From the IMG/VR virus record IMGVR_UViG_3300010355_000152, positions 1-35,449 of that record: a stretch of 35,449 nucleotides of DNA, one strand, 5' to 3'. Shown in pieces: positions 1 through 9,901 of the stretch. The notes beneath the pieces are model-generated. The model was given only the letters and a program-made list of their open reading frames with translations, was not told where the DNA came from and made no database searches. Every line of letters starts with the position of its first letter. Position 1 is the first letter of the stretch. Source of the DNA: a virus. A program made the position numbers and the translations under genes.

Positions 1-437
1 AAATGATATTTAAAATCATATTTCAATCTAGGCCAAAACTTAGATGGACGTTTAGGCTTAGTTTCTCTAATAGGATTATTGTCTGGTTTTTCATACTTTT
101 TAACACCTATTATATCAGTCACATCTGATCCTTCTGTATAACCCCATTTCATAGGTCTATCAGAATTAGGAAGAATAGACAATGGAACAATTAATCCTTG
201 AGATAATTGACCTCTAAGTTTAATAGTTTTTACTCTAAACTTTTTACTTCTAAGAAATTCAAATTCATCCTTTTCAGGAACTACTGTATCTATCTGAATA
301 TAACAGCATAAGTCCCCTACATTATATTCTCTTTTCTTACATACCACATCCCATCCAAGTACTGTTACACATTCAATTGTATCAGCCCCTTCTATGGGTT
401 GCACATTAGTTACTCTTTGTATTGTTGCTAAATTCAT
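1..437 (-). CDS. RNA ligase N-terminal part (DRB0094/Rnl5-like, OB-fold plus adenylyltransferase), truncated by the window edge
   Basis: Manual translation from ATG at 437: MNLATIQRVTNVQPIEGADTIECVTVLGWDVVCKKREYNVGDLCCYIQIDTVVPEKDEFEFLRSKKFRVKTIKLRGQLSQGLIVPLSIL..., resembling the N-terminal OB domain of this RNA ligase family. Confidence 0.6.
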   Translation of the reverse strand, partial: MNLATIQRVTNVQPIEGADTIECVTVLGWDVVCKKREYNVGDLCCYIQIDTVVPEKDEFEFLRSKKFRVKTIKLRGQLSQGLIVPLSILPNSDRPMKWGYTEGSDVTDIIGVKKYEKPDNNPIRETKPKRPSKFWPRLKYDFKYH

Positions 438-598
438 CGCATTAAACGTTTTTCATCATCAGACATATTCTTAAATCTTTCTTGTTCTAAATCTTTATGA
501 TTAGTATTTTGAATAAGATTAACTAGATTCTTATTTTGCTGATCTTGTTGTTCTAATTTCTTTAGAGTCTCTTCAATTTGTTGTCTTGTTTTACTCAT
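434..598 (-). CDS. Hypothetical protein, 54 aa (MSKTRQQIEETLKKLEQQ...)
   Basis: ATG to stop; 4-nt ATGA overlap with the ligase start. Confidence 0.6.
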   Translation of the reverse strand: MSKTRQQIEETLKKLEQQDQQNKNLVNLIQNTNHKDLEQERFKNMSDDEKRLMR

Positions 599-1125
599 AA
601 CTCATTATTTCTTGATTTAAGTTAGGCATCATATCATATTGTTTATGATCTCTTACTGAAGATTCTGTGATATTATTACCAAACTGTTTTCTAATGAATT
701 GAAAATATTCATTAAAATATCTTGAATCTTTTTCTAAAATCATCAGTAATTTAGAATCAGGTCTGAAACATCTTTTTAATTGATCTTTGGTATAAATCTT
801 AGTATATTCTCCTTCTAAAAATGCTGTGTAGTTAATGTCAGGTCGAATCTCTATAACATGAATTTGTTTATTGTAGATATATTCTCCCTCTAACTCATTA
901 TTTTCTCTTAATGTCTTTATAAGATCTCGACAAAAGTCTTTAGATCTTATGAAAAGACATAGGCCTCCGGGACATCTTTGTAGTAACAGCATTAATATCT
1001 TGATTCACTGCTGCAATTGCAGGTAATGATTTTAAGAGATTAACCGCTGGTAGCAAATAAAGTCTTGTTCTATTTAAATAGTATTTCCCTACATTGGGAA
1101 GTTCTGTTACATTATAATCTATCAT
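591..1125 (-). CDS. Conserved-type hypothetical protein, 177 aa, needs +1 shift: complement(join(591..968,970..1125)), junction ...NAVTTKMS-GGLCLFIRSKDF...
   Basis: ORF 940..1125 runs into ORF 591..992 at TCC-CGGA (plus-strand TCCGGGA 966..972). The joined product fills the space between tightly packed neighbours. Confidence 0.75.
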
Positions 1126-1495
1126 GTGCTTTATCTAATAACTCCAAAAAGAATTCTAAAGTCATAGTGACTTGAGTATATTGTGGAGCCTTTTTCTTTG
1201 TTGTTGGTAATTTGTGTATTAAAATATACGGATAATTATGTACAGGATCATCACCCATTAAATATTGTTTACATAGTTCTTCATTCTCTTCATAAAGAGA
1301 TTCGTATTTTGGTCTCAACCTTTCGTATCCTGATTTACATTGTATTTTTAAAGGTAGGTTGACTAGATCAATTTTACAATTATCCATTAATCTACTGGCT
1401 AATCTTGCTGTTTGAATCTTAGGCCAATATTTTAATAGTTTTAATCGTATATCTCTTTCTAGTCTATTACCTTTTTCCTTATTTGGACTTGGCAT
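1112..1495 (-). CDS. Putative PDDEXK/Holliday-junction-resolvase-like nuclease
   Basis: GNRLERDIRLKLLKYW...TARLASRLMDNCKIDLVNLPLKIQCKSGY resembles the E..D..(Q/E)xK nuclease core. Confidence 0.5.
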   Translation of the reverse strand: MPSPNKEKGNRLERDIRLKLLKYWPKIQTARLASRLMDNCKIDLVNLPLKIQCKSGYERLRPKYESLYEENEELCKQYLMGDDPVHNYPYILIHKLPTTKKKAPQYTQVTMTLEFFLELLDKAHDRL

Positions 1496-1871
1496 TTTTT
1501 AATTTTTCCAAACGTTCTGTATATAATTCTACATTCATTTGACATTGACGTAATTCTTTTGTATATTTATCAATGTCTCTCAATCTTTGAATCTCAACCT
1601 TATTGTCTACAGATGCTTTACATTCTTCATAAGTAGTAAAAATTTCACTTTCTTGAACATAACTGCTTTTAGAACCACATCCATAATCTATAGAATATTC
1701 AGTTTGTATTTCAAAAGTTGGTTGAAAGTTATAATGATTCCAAAAGATGCAGTGTTTTACATTTTCAATTTCTCCTTGCTTAATATTACCGTCCCATCTT
1801 TCTATCCATACCTTGTCTCCAGATTTATATTTAGGATAAGGTATCTGATCTTTATCAAAATTATTTTCCAT
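1479..1871 (-). CDS. Hypothetical protein
   Basis: ORF with overlapping packed neighbours. Confidence 0.6.
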   Translation of the reverse strand: MENNFDKDQIPYPKYKSGDKVWIERWDGNIKQGEIENVKHCIFWNHYNFQPTFEIQTEYSIDYGCGSKSSYVQESEIFTTYEECKASVDNKVEIQRLRDIDKYTKELRQCQMNVELYTERLEKLKNAKSK

Positions 1872-2253
1872 ATTGTAACATTATTTTAATATCTCCATTC
1901 TTATATTCATCTTTATCAATTTCCATAAATCCATATTTCTTAAAAAAGTTTAGACTTATAGTATTTTGTTCTCTAACATTACAAGTCATCTTACATTCTT
2001 TTGATGAAAGTATGTCTAATAATTCTGTTCCAAATCCTTGCTTCTTGTATTTATCACTAACTACAATAAAGTTAATATGAATTCTATCTCGGTTAACTTG
2101 AGTATAACTCACTAATCCTTCAAGAGTAGTTTCTCTTAAAGTAAGTAATTTAGAACTACTTGTAAGGAAATCATCTAATGAAATAGGAAATTCAAAATAA
2201 GACTTAAAGAATCTATAATGTTCTTCTGTTTTATCTTCTCGCTGAATTAACAT
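1861..2253 (-). CDS. GNAT family N-acetyltransferase
   Basis: INFIVVSDKYKKQGFGTELLD...NTISLNFFKKYGFMEIDKDEY matches acetyl-CoA-binding motif A and the terminal motif. Confidence 0.75.
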   Translation of the reverse strand: MLIQREDKTEEHYRFFKSYFEFPISLDDFLTSSSKLLTLRETTLEGLVSYTQVNRDRIHINFIVVSDKYKKQGFGTELLDILSSKECKMTCNVREQNTISLNFFKKYGFMEIDKDEYKNGDIKIMLQYGK

Positions 2254-2438
2254 ATCTTTTTCAATTCAATTAATAAATTCTTTAGAGGAATATTTAATAG
2301 TTGTGACAGATCATTAGTGGCTTGTTGATAACCTATCATATAACCACGTTTAACATCTTGGTCAATATTATCGTATGATTCTCCCATAAACTCTGCGTGT
2401 CTAATTACAGCAACTTGAGATACATTTTTTATATCCAT
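2247..2438 (-). CDS. Hypothetical protein
   Basis: ORF, packed. Confidence 0.55.
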   Translation of the reverse strand: MDIKNVSQVAVIRHAEFMGESYDNIDQDVKRGYMIGYQQATNDLSQLLNIPLKNLLIELKKIC

Positions 2439-3133
2439 TTTATTTCTTCTTGATTTGATTCTAGTAAATACTTGTTTACATCTTTATAAAACCCTTCAAA
2501 TTTAATATTTCCATGAGTTTCTGCTGCTGGATGATTTCTCATTAATTTATAATGAATTGAATCATTAATTAAATGAGAATAACTTTGAGCAGTTTTTCCC
2601 AAGAATACAAATATTAAAGAATCGTTAGATTCTCTAATAATTTTAAACTCGTTGAATATTTTAAATAGTTCTGTTATAAATGGTTGCCATATAGCAAAAT
2701 GACTATTAGGTTTCCATTGCTCACAAGTTAAACTAGCATTAAGCAATACTACCCCTTGATCTACCCAAGGTTTTAAAGTTCCATCAAAAGTTGATGCTAG
2801 ATCATTAGTCTGATATTCTTGTTCTAATTCTCTAACCATAATATTTAGAGATGGTTGGAATTTATCTTCACAGGCAAAACTATATCCAGTAGCTATTCCG
2901 GGTTGAGGATACAGATCTTGCCCGCAAATTACGACTCGTATATCTTCTGGATTAATAGACAAACATTTAAGTATTTTACCCGGATTATCTGGACATAACT
3001 TATGACCAGTGTTCATCACGTTTAAAATAGTTTGATCCAATAAATCTACTAATCTAGTATCAGTACTATTAAAGAATAATGTCTTCCATTCTGGATGAAT
3101 CTGACTTAATACTAATTCTGTTACATTAGTCAT
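2429..3133 (-). CDS. ung: Uracil-DNA glycosylase, family 1
   Basis: VVICGQDLYPQPGIATGYSFA, GVVLLNASLT, FLGKTAQ and NHPAAE correspond to the UDG motifs GQDPYH, LLLN, LWG and HPSP. Confidence 0.88.
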   Translation of the reverse strand: MTNVTELVLSQIHPEWKTLFFNSTDTRLVDLLDQTILNVMNTGHKLCPDNPGKILKCLSINPEDIRVVICGQDLYPQPGIATGYSFACEDKFQPSLNIMVRELEQEYQTNDLASTFDGTLKPWVDQGVVLLNASLTCEQWKPNSHFAIWQPFITELFKIFNEFKIIRESNDSLIFVFLGKTAQSYSHLINDSIHYKLMRNHPAAETHGNIKFEGFYKDVNKYLLESNQEEIKWI

Positions 3134-3356
3134 TTATTTCAAAAATTGTAAGAATGTTATTTTCAATATTAAAACTACAATCTTCACAATTAATAGTTTC
3201 ATGCCAAATTTTACTAAAAAATCTAACATCATCTTGATCTTCAATAACTACATCCCATAAATAAGATTGTAATCTCCTTGTTGAATATTTTATACTATCT
3301 TGGTATGAAGATAGTATAATTCTTTGATCGTCTGTTAATACAAATTCTTTATTCAT
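3126..3356 (-). CDS. Hypothetical protein
   Basis: ORF, packed. Confidence 0.55.
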   Translation of the reverse strand: MNKEFVLTDDQRIILSSYQDSIKYSTRRLQSYLWDVVIEDQDDVRFFSKIWHETINCEDCSFNIENNILTIFEIND

Positions 3357-3606
3357 AGAATGTAATTTGTCGTGGAAAAACTTCGGTGAGAGTTGTATTT
3401 TTCATATCAATGTGGTCATTATAACCGTGCCAGTAATTTCCTTTATAATATTTACCCGTTTCAAGACTTTGTAACACAATCCTGTAATCAGTTTTTATAT
3501 TATTGGTAGATATATGAGAAATTAATTTAAATCCGGGAAATTTCTGACCCCTAATCATTTCCTCAACATCTCCATAATTCTCAAGATCTATAATAGTTTC
3601 ATTCAT
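3349..3606 (-). CDS. Hypothetical protein
   Basis: ORF, packed. Confidence 0.55.
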   Translation of the reverse strand: MNETIIDLENYGDVEEMIRGQKFPGFKLISHISTNNIKTDYRIVLQSLETGKYYKGNYWHGYNDHIDMKNTTLTEVFPRQITFYE

Positions 3607-3844
3607 AAAACTTAATTGTATAATTGTTATCTAATGTTCTTTCAATCATGAAAGATTTGTATGTATCTAATATATACTCAAGCCATTGACCAAGCATTCC
3701 AGACTTATTGCCTCTTGCGGCTATTATAAATAAATCAGATTTCATATATAATTCTATGAACAACTTTATATCTGCTTTTTGATCTGGTAATATTGGTTCA
3801 AAGTATTTATATCTTTGTTCTGTTGTTAATTTTAAACTCCACAT
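3599..3844 (-). CDS. Hypothetical protein
   Basis: ORF, packed. Confidence 0.55.
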   Translation of the reverse strand: MWSLKLTTEQRYKYFEPILPDQKADIKLFIELYMKSDLFIIAARGNKSGMLGQWLEYILDTYKSFMIERTLDNNYTIKFYE

Positions 3845-4494
3845 TTTTCTAATTTAAATCCTGTAGTTTCTTTAAGATATTTAGATGACAGTTGAAATTC
3901 TTGTTTTTCAATATTATAAACAATCATTTCTTGATAAATTAAAAATGGATTATGAGTAGTAAATAATACTTTACATTTAAACTCATAAATAAATCTATCT
4001 ATTATGTTGGTCGCTTTAACCTGATTTTTTAAAGAAAAACCTTTGTCAAATTCATCTAAACAAATTAATGTTTTTTCAGGAATTATTTGATCTTTAATTT
4101 TATTTAAAAATTTACTTAAATAAATCATCTCACCTTCTCCATGACTTTTCCTGTCCGCATAAAAAGCACCACTTTCAATATAAGCACTTGCATCAAATGA
4201 AGTATCTAATGTAGAACCTGCTTCTAAATGAGCATTAAATCCAAAGGCTAATTCAAAATCATGTTCAGATAGTGTAATATAATCTTTTAATTTAAGTTTT
4301 TTATCATTTAATATAGTATCAGAGTATTGTTTTTTAGAAGTAATAAAATTACCAATAATAGCATCCAACAGACTAGATTTTCCAGAACCATTATCTCCTA
4401 CAATACAAATACTATTAATGTGTTTAGAAAATTCTAAGTTATATTCTGCTCCTTCTTTAAAATTCCTAAAATCTTTACTTATAGTAATTTTCAT
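3832..4494 (-). CDS. ABC/SMC-like AAA ATPase
   Basis: Walker A VGDNGSGKSSLLDAI, S(H)GEGE signature-like segment, Walker B TLICLDEFDKG, H-loop VLFTTHNP. Confidence 0.8.
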   Translation of the reverse strand: MKITISKDFRNFKEGAEYNLEFSKHINSICIVGDNGSGKSSLLDAIIGNFITSKKQYSDTILNDKKLKLKDYITLSEHDFELAFGFNAHLEAGSTLDTSFDASAYIESGAFYADRKSHGEGEMIYLSKFLNKIKDQIIPEKTLICLDEFDKGFSLKNQVKATNIIDRFIYEFKCKVLFTTHNPFLIYQEMIVYNIEKQEFQLSSKYLKETTGFKLEKCGV

Positions 4495-5439
4495 TTTATT
4501 AATTCTTTTATATATGTTTTACAACCAATTTGGTCATTTGTATAAAACTCATAAACATCCTTATATTCACACTCCATTATTCTATTTTCCCAATTATACT
4601 TTTCAGATAATTTATTAGATACCATAATACCTGTTGCATCATTATCATATAAAAATATCTTTTTAGTAAATAAGTCATTAATATATTCTACTTTATCTTC
4701 AGGAATATAACTACCTTCATTTTGTAATGCAATACTAGGTATTCCTAAATGATAATCTAAGTAGATTCTATCCTTTTGACTTTTAGTAATTACTAATTGA
4801 TCTGTTATTGTAGAATAATGTAATAATTTATCATAACCAAATATATCATTATTTGAACAATTAGAATACCATTTGAATTCTTGATTAGGCCAGTACAGTT
4901 TTACATGATCTGTATCTGGAAAGTAATAAGCAATAGTATCTATCTTATGAGGATTATGATATTTATTCTTAAACCACTCTCCTTTCTCTTGAACCCAATA
5001 ATCTTCAACTAAAAATATTAATTCTTTATTTAGTTGAGCATTATCCAAATTAAATATATTGGTACTAAATTCTTTATGTGTAAATCGGATTTGTGTTTTA
5101 AGTTTACTAATATTCCTGTTGCTAGACGACACTAACTGCTTAGTAGTTGTACTTGCTATTTCTTGTAATGCTTGTTTATAATTACAATGCTTTACTTCTT
5201 GTACAACATCAAATATATTCCAATATAACTTACCTTTATAAGTTGCATTGTCTACAAAATAAAGTAATCCGGGAATACCATACAAATCGGCATCCCGGAT
5301 CACTATCATTTCTAAATGGAGATTTATATTTCTTATTTAGATCTGGATATATATTCAGAAATCTAAGAAATACTTGCTCCTGACTAATAATATCAAGCAG
5401 TTCATCTTTGTTTATATAAGTTGAACAGCCTTTATACAT
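4491..5439 (-). CDS. DnaG-like primase (zinc-finger-like N-terminus plus TOPRIM-like core), needs +1 shift: complement(join(4491..5270,5272..5439)), 315 aa
   Basis: ORF 5236..5439 supplies KKYKSPFRNDSDPGCRFVWYS and ORF 4491..5309 supplies GLLYFVDNATYKGKLYWNIFDVVQ...KIFLYDNDATGIMVSNKL. They join at TCC-CGGA (plus TCCGGGA 5268..5274). Confidence 0.85.
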
Positions 5440-5440
5440 A

Positions 5441-6280
5441 TTAGACCGTCCAACCTACTGATGGGGATGGATTATTAGGAACATTATTAAGAACAGTATC
5501 ACGGTTAAATGGTACAAGATCTACAGTATACATACCTTTGAGAAGATTGTTATCTGCTGTAACATTTTTAGTAAATTGACCTTTAGACCAGTCAGATACT
5601 TTTCCAGAGAACATAATCTTATCAAGATTATATTGAGTAGCGCCAATAGACATACGTTGTTTAGTTACAATACCCCCATCTTGAGTTGCTTCATCCTTAT
5701 CCTTTACTACCATTGGCAAAGTAACATAAGTACCATCCATCATCTTAGCAAGGTTATTCAAGCCACTATAATCACCACTAAATACGGTGCTAGCATCTTG
5801 TTTAAGTTGTTGCATTTGAGTATAAAAATCTTCACCAGAAGTACGGTCAAATGATACAAGACGTTGTACAAAAGTAATTAGTGCTGCTTCACCAACAACC
5901 AATGGTTTGTGACTAGCAAATTCAGGTTTAACTTCTTGACTTCCTGCTGCTTTAGCCCAAAGAATATTACCAGTAGATGTGATGATTTGATAATTGCCAG
6001 ATTGTGTTACTGGTTGTTTATCACCAATGTTAAGAATAAATCGTTGTACACCAACAGTATCACCTTTCAAGAAGATATGTAGTGGACGTTGATTATTACC
6101 ATTCTGATCTTGTACAATATCATAAGATGGATCATAGGTAATTTCTCTACCCTGCCATTCTTCCAATTGTTGTTTGTTAGGATTAACACCCAAGAATACA
6201 AAATTCTCAAGACCTGTGTAAATTTGATACTGACCAGCACCTACTTTAGTACCAGCATAAGGATTGTTAGTTTGTGACAT
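5441..6280 (-). CDS. Phage replication-module protein, unknown function, possibly ssDNA-binding (position-based guess)
   Basis: ORF of 279 aa between primase and Sak4-like/helicase genes. Confidence 0.5.
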   Translation of the reverse strand: MSQTNNPYAGTKVGAGQYQIYTGLENFVFLGVNPNKQQLEEWQGREITYDPSYDIVQDQNGNNQRPLHIFLKGDTVGVQRFILNIGDKQPVTQSGNYQIITSTGNILWAKAAGSQEVKPEFASHKPLVVGEAALITFVQRLVSFDRTSGEDFYTQMQQLKQDASTVFSGDYSGLNNLAKMMDGTYVTLPMVVKDKDEATQDGGIVTKQRMSIGATQYNLDKIMFSGKVSDWSKGQFTKNVTADNNLLKGMYTVDLVPFNRDTVLNNVPNNPSPSVGWTV

Positions 6281-6677
6281 ACTTATTTTTAATTGTTTGA
6301 ATGAGTGAATCTAATGTTTGGTAATCTTCAATTGTCTCAAGAATTAAATCTTCTCTAATCTGTTCTTGAGTTATTGCTTTATTAATCAGACCAAAGTGAT
6401 TTTGTACTTGATAATCTGATACTTTTCCACTTTTCCCAAACGTACAGTTAGGAAATGAATATACTTGATATGCTACATAGACAGGAGATTTACTAAGTAG
6501 TGCTTCTACAAAAGTTAGATCAGCATCTACTTTAGATTGCATTTCTTGTTTCTTTTGTTGAAAGATACTATCATACTCCTGTTGTTTGATAATATTAATT
6601 TCTCTTGCTATTTTTCCTGCAAGAGCATTAATTTGAGTTTTATCTAATTTCATTAATCTAAAAAGATTTGATTCCAA
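6267..6677 (-). CDS. Hypothetical protein
   Basis: ORF, packed. Confidence 0.55.
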   Translation of the reverse strand: MESNLFRLMKLDKTQINALAGKIAREINIIKQQEYDSIFQQKKQEMQSKVDADLTFVEALLSKSPVYVAYQVYSFPNCTFGKSGKVSDYQVQNHFGLINKAITQEQIREDLILETIEDYQTLDSLIQTIKNKYVTN

Positions 6678-7457
6678 TTGTTTTTAAACTTTCGTGGTTC
6701 TTTCTTGGTAATATAATCAGGATTCTCTAATTCAAGAATTACAAACTCTTGATTAGCCAAATGATCTGGTCTAGCACCAGTAGCAAGATCCTGCTCATGA
6801 GTTTTAAAACTCAACATCGTTTGATTAGCATTCTGGGGGTTTCTGTAAATATAACCAATAGCATCTGCTTCTGCACATACAATTGATTTAAGTTTACCTG
6901 TCAATTGAATATCCTTAGCCTGTAAATCCTTACCCTGTTTATTGATAGAAGAATTCTTAACATGACTTACTAAGATAAAACATTTGTTACATCTATTCTC
7001 AATAGGTTTGAGAAGTTCATCAAATGCTTTTCTAAGCCAATCATAACCACCTCCTGATGGTAATTCAGATACTACATCAGTACCAGCAAAACTCTTACCA
7101 ATTGGAGTTGCTTTATACATAATAGTAGCATACTTTCTTGCAAATTCTTCTAAAGCAGAAGTTGTATCTACTGTTAAATAGTCATAAGGATATTTACCAT
7201 GTTCATTATAATAATTATCTAACTTTTTACCAAGTTCTTGAATAATTATTAAAGGATTGGATTTATTCTTACGAACAATATCAATAACATCTAACTTAAC
7301 ACATTCCACAAACTCTGCTCCTTGCTCTAAATCAATAATTAAGTTATTTGGTAACTTGCTTATTGTTTCTGTTTTTCCGTGCTTTAGTATGAGCAAATAC
7401 TACTAAACGTCTTGGATTCTTTGTTGTTACTGTACTTGTTGTTGGTAAATCAAACAT
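6653..7457 (-). CDS. Sak4-like RecA-fold AAA ATPase, needs +1 shift: complement(join(6653..7378,7380..7457)), 267 aa
   Basis: Joined N-terminus MFDLPTTSTVTTKNPRRLVVFAHTKA-GKTETISKLPNNLIIDLEQGAEF restores Walker A AxxxxGKT. The site is GCA-CGGA (plus TCCGTGC 7376..7382). Upstream ATG at 7457 overlaps the previous gene's stop by 8 nt. Confidence 0.85.
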
Positions 7458-8494
7458 TGTTTTTAAATTTATTTATAAATGTTATTAGTTCTGTTGTTTT
7501 TGGTTTGGGTAGTTCAATAAACTTATTACTGACCCCATCAAACCACATTCCTTTTGCTAAACCTGATAATCCATTTCTATGTTTAATAACATGAACAGAT
7601 CTAAAGTTATCACCTAACTCTCTAGTATTATAATCTAAATATGTATTTAGACCATATTTAATAGGATTAAATAATCCAATAGTTACCATATAATCCCTAC
7701 CCACGAGCAAATTATCACCAAGTTTAGTTTCTGAAGGTTCTAACCTTCCAAGTTTAAAATTGTCATTGTTCTCACCACTCATTTGTTGTTGGTGTACTGA
7801 TACTGCAATAGAATTATATCTCTTACAGATTAATTTAATAACGTACTCTGACCATTTACCAATTGCTTGATGTAAATTGGTTACTGGAGCAAATTCATTT
7901 TTTTCAGGAGCAAGTAATCCTATATGATCTGCTACTACAACTAAATGAAAATCAGGATCGTTATAGACAAACTCTTTCTTGGTAATCTCATTACCAAATT
8001 CATCTATAATAGTTTCCCCTTTAACTACTCTACCAAGTCCTTCCAATTCCTTTTCTACAGTTTTTAATAATCCTGTAGGATTTGAAACACTATCATACAC
8101 AATGACATATTTCTTCATATCTTCAACTTCAGGAATTACTTCTTGAATTTGTTGATAATCCTCTTTAGTCATTCCTTTATGATAGCCTTTGTATTGATAG
8201 TAAGTTAAGGCTTTACCAAATCTTTCTCTAAATCTATCTAACAAGATAGTTGTCCAGAAATATTCTGCTGATTCCTCTAAAGCAAAATATACCACTTTAA
8301 ATGGAATATTATTTTCTTTACAGTAATGGTATACCCAATCTACATAAACGTATCTGGCAAATTTACTTTTTCCGGGAACCAGTTGCTCCGGTTACACAAT
8401 AATAAGTACCTCTAATTAATCCCGGTAAGAATTTAGATAGATCAGGAAATAATCCTTCTATGCTAATAAACTTCGGATCTAAATGGTTTTCCAT
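7450..8494 (-). CDS. DnaB-like replicative helicase, RecA fold, needs +1 shift: complement(join(7450..8373,8375..8494)), 347 aa
   Basis: Joined MENHLDPKFISIEGLFPDLSKFLPGLIRGTYYCVTGATGS-GKSKFARYVYVDWVYHYCKENNIPFKVVYFALEES restores Walker A GATGSGKS. The site is TCC-CGGA (plus 8371..8377). Confidence 0.88.
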
Positions 8495-9015
8495 GTTTCC
8501 TCTTGATTTTGATATTCATCAAAAATAGTTTCTATCCTTGATTTGATTTTTCCACTAACAGGATCAGTATGATAAATAAAGTTATCAGCATTACAAGGAA
8601 GTTTAGCATTTTGTAAATACCACTGAGTTACTTCAAGAATGTCATCAAAAGATTTATTATTGGTAGCACAATACTTAGATATATCATCTATGCATGTTCT
8701 TTTATTACCCATTCCACCTGTTCTTACAGATTTAAACAATCTTCGATATTCATCAATTCTTCTCTCAACCTCATTATAAATACTATCATCTAACTCAATA
8801 CCTTCCTCACCCTCATATAATCCAATCAAACATACAATTTTACCAGAATTATGATCTCTATCAATATACTTGTTTTTTGATAAAACTCTGTATATATCAT
8901 CAGATGTAGATACATCTAGATCGTGCTTAATTGCCAATAAAAATGCTATTGTTTCATCTGGATTAATCCCCTTGTTGTGGAACAGTGCTTTTAACCCACT
9001 CTTTAATTCCATCAT
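8479..9015 (-). CDS. Hypothetical replication-module protein
   Basis: ORF, overlaps helicase start. Confidence 0.6.
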   Translation of the reverse strand: MMELKSGLKALFHNKGINPDETIAFLLAIKHDLDVSTSDDIYRVLSKNKYIDRDHNSGKIVCLIGLYEGEEGIELDDSIYNEVERRIDEYRRLFKSVRTGGMGNKRTCIDDISKYCATNNKSFDDILEVTQWYLQNAKLPCNADNFIYHTDPVSGKIKSRIETIFDEYQNQEETWKTI

Positions 9016-9379
9016 TTATAATTGTTCCATTTTCTTCCCCTTCAATAATCATCATAGCATTTAGAACAATAGCAGATAAATGATCTTCAGATTTATTATC
9101 AGCCTTTAACTGAAGATAGTGTCTGAATATTGCATCCTCTAACTCTGTTCTAGATAATGGTAACAGATGATTATGTACAGGATATTTTGATTTATTCTCT
9201 TGCCACCTGATATTAACTCTAGTTAATGCTTTCCATAAGAATGAATCCCATTTAAGTTTACCATCAGATTCTTTTTGAGCACCTCTAAATATTCCTCTTA
9301 AATCACCACCATCCCAAGTTTGACCAGAAGTACCATAATTAACTTTAATAGTTAAGTCTTCCTGTTTGGAAATATTCAT
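8963..9379 (-). CDS. Hypothetical protein
   Basis: ORF. Confidence 0.55.
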   Translation of the reverse strand: MNISKQEDLTIKVNYGTSGQTWDGGDLRGIFRGAQKESDGKLKWDSFLWKALTRVNIRWQENKSKYPVHNHLLPLSRTELEDAIFRHYLQLKADNKSEDHLSAIVLNAMMIIEGEENGTIINDGIKEWVKSTVPQQGD

Positions 9380-9641
9380 CTTTCTCTCTATTTAAATCAT
9401 GTTCTGCTCTCAATTCTTCATACTGCTCTTGACGAATCATATCATCAACAGTTTCATATGGATCATTAGCATCTACATCAAGATAAGTTTCATCATTAAA
9501 TTCTTCTGTAGGAAACTCATCATACAATAAAGTAATATCATACAATTCTGTAATTACTCTAATAAAAGCATCTCGAATTGGTGGTGGTGCTTTAATTGAT
9601 GATTGATTTTCATACAAGAATACAATATCCTTATTATCCAT
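9345..9641 (-). CDS. Hypothetical acidic protein
   Basis: ORF. Confidence 0.5.
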   Translation of the reverse strand: MDNKDIVFLYENQSSIKAPPPIRDAFIRVITELYDITLLYDEFPTEEFNDETYLDVDANDPYETVDDMIRQEQYEELRAEHDLNREKDEYFQTGRLNY

Positions 9642-9901
9642 TAACCAAGCATTTTATTTTGATCTTCTGTTGCAAAATCAAAATCCTGATAATCATTTTG
9701 ATCTGTAAAACTAAATGTAATACGATTACCTTTCTTTCTTTTACGAAGATCTAAATTTAATTCAGCACATGCTTTACGAATTAAACCTACAGACACTTTG
9801 GTCTCAAATTCTGTGGAAAGTTGTTGTGCAAAATCTTCAATAGATGTGGTACTGTTGTACCAAGTGTTAAATGTGTCTCTGTTAAACTGAAAGTTTTTCA
9901 T
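9641..9901 (-). CDS. Hypothetical protein, possible HTH-like segment
   Basis: IEDFAQQLSTEFETKVSVGLIRKACAELNLDLRKRKKG. Confidence 0.5.
   Translation of the reverse strand: MKNFQFNRDTFNTWYNSTTSIEDFAQQLSTEFETKVSVGLIRKACAELNLDLRKRKKGNRITFSFTDQNDYQDFDFATEDQNKMLG

Noticed and set aside
2897-2903. CCCGGA in the UDG gene as a recoding site
   Set aside because: It is read in frame as CCC GGA (Pro-Gly), with CGG out of frame. The UDG is intact in one frame.
3532-3537. CCCGGA in ORF 3349..3606 as a recoding site
   Set aside because: In frame as TTT CCC GGA TTT (Phe-Pro-Gly-Phe), with no frame break.
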